A DNA stretch of 64,000 bases. Source: Basidiobolus meristosporus CBS 931.73 (Eukaryota > Fungi > Basidiobolomycota). Numbering within the stretch: the stretch's first letter is position 1; each line of letters starts with the position of its first letter. Under the pieces are notes generated by a model, which did not search any database, was not told where the DNA came from, and saw only the letters and a program-made list of their open reading frames with translations. The DNA lies in contig MCFE01000212.1 in the NCBI GenBank assembly GCA_002104905.1, forward strand, positions 62,001-126,000. Direction: 5' to 3'. The translations under genes were made by a program, and so were the position numbers. Of the stretch, positions 62,767 through 64,000 are shown piece by piece.

Positions 62767-62835
62767 GGGAAGAGGGAAGAGGGAAGAGGGAAGAGGGAAG
62801 AGGGAAGAGGGAAGAGGGAAGAGGGAAGAGGGAAG
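62767..62835 (+). repeat. (GGGAAGA)n polypurine repeat, about 10 units
   Basis: Direct reading of the sequence. Confidence 0.9.
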
Positions 62836-63696
62836 GAATCTAGTCAAATTTTCGCCCAGATATTGCGTACCCTATGGAAGATCGGGGATTAACCCATTCA
62901 ATATATTCGTGAATACTAAATGTACATGTTTGACAAGTGGATCTTCAGTTTCGCATAGTTGGGAAAACAGGTAACCAGGTAAACGGCTATGCCAAGCGGT
63001 CTAGTAGTATGCCCTCCCTCATAGGACCAGGTCCACACACATGAGAATTCCTCCTATTCTAAATTAGAGCCTGGGATACACACACGGTCATGGATCCCCA
63101 CTATATTGGTGGGTGAGGAAATGAAGTCTAATCTGGAGTAAACGGCTGTTTAGAAGAAGGAAGAATATCGAATGAATTTTCTGCATTGCTCAGTGATAGT
63201 ATTTGTTTGATAATGGTCACAGTCTTATTACGATGAAAACTGCTAATAGAGTAGAGTAGAGTAGAGTAGAATAGAATAGAATATATTCATATAATGTCAC
63301 CAGCATAGAGATCTCACATCTTCTGAGCACTGCCTAACAAATGCCACGCTAATTGTACTACACTATCTGTATGAGGCGTATTTTGGAAATATCGTGAGAT
63401 GGGCTGATCGGCCTGCTAATTATCACGAAACGACAGGGAGTTACAGCGCCTGTAGTGAACATCATGAAAATACTTCTTCGTAGTGTGGCGATGCTATTTG
63501 TATCAATTGGATGCCAAGTATAATGGGAATAATCAGTTAATCTGAACTGAAATTGGCTACTCTACTAGACCACCACCACCACCACCACCACCAATGGTTG
63601 GTTACACGTGCGGGCATCTTCAAATTTAACAGTTTATCCATTGATGCAATTAGGATGATAAATAATAAAATTTGGCTAGATTCTAATAAAAATATA

Positions 63697-63767
63697 TGCG
63701 TTAACTGGGAGTCGAACCCAGGCCAACTGCTTGGAAGGCAGTTATTCTACCGCTATACTATTAACGC
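63697..63767 (-). tRNA. tG(TCC): tRNA-Gly(TCC)
   Basis: Anticodon arm ACTGC-CTTCCAA-GCAGT and acceptor stem GCGTTAA/TTAACGC. Confidence 0.92.
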
Positions 63768-63864
63768 TTCCTACGTGTGGATGATTGAGTGTAGCGACTT
63801 GATATTATCATTAGGCAGCGTGATAAAGTCTTGATTCAAGCAAAAATAAGAGTGTATGCGTGCG

Positions 63865-63935
63865 CGCGTTAACTGGGAGTCGAACACAGGCCAACTGCTT
63901 GGAAGGCAGTTAATCTACCGCTATACTATTAACGC
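63865..63935 (-). tRNA. tG(TCC): tRNA-Gly(TCC) duplicate, possibly a pseudogene
   Basis: Copy at +168 bp with a T-stem mismatch, a D-stem change and a G discriminator. Confidence 0.7.
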
Positions 63936-64000
63936 TTCTTAAACATGAATATTTGAGTATAGTGATTTCGCATTATCATTAGGCAACGTGTTGAGGCCCT

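Overview
Eukaryotic DNA, most likely from an early-diverging fungus (short GT-AG introns with fungal branch points, fungal-type proteins; the taxon is an inference). There are four compositional domains. (1) 1-27.3 kb and 35.1-46.5 kb are CpG-stripped transposon graveyards. They hold several copies of a two-gene PHIS (PIF/Harbinger/ISL2EU-like) DNA transposon with 15-bp TIRs and AWT target duplications, a foldback MITE, CACTA relics, a Ty1/copia pseudo-element with solo LTRs, and decayed Ty3/gypsy and LINE copies. (2) 27.3-35.1 kb is a GC- and CpG-rich gene island with two divergently transcribed malic enzyme paralogues (mitochondrial-type and cytosolic-type, showing patchwork gene conversion) and a 3-exon NUC1/EndoG gene. 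(3) 48.6-56.8 kb is a 5,488-bp tandem repeat unit carrying 17 intron-less tRNA genes, each with a different anticodon (15 amino acids), present as about 1.5 near-identical copies. (4) 56.8-62.2 kb is a young, intact Ty3/gypsy element with identical LTRs and an almost CpG-free gag-pol ORF, inserted 6 bp upstream of where the array's tRNA-Ala would be, followed by more tRNA genes. The best candidate for a new system is the rDNA-like multi-isotype tRNA array, together with retroelements that appear to target it and a CpG-erasing host defence that spares it. All alignments and counts were done by eye.
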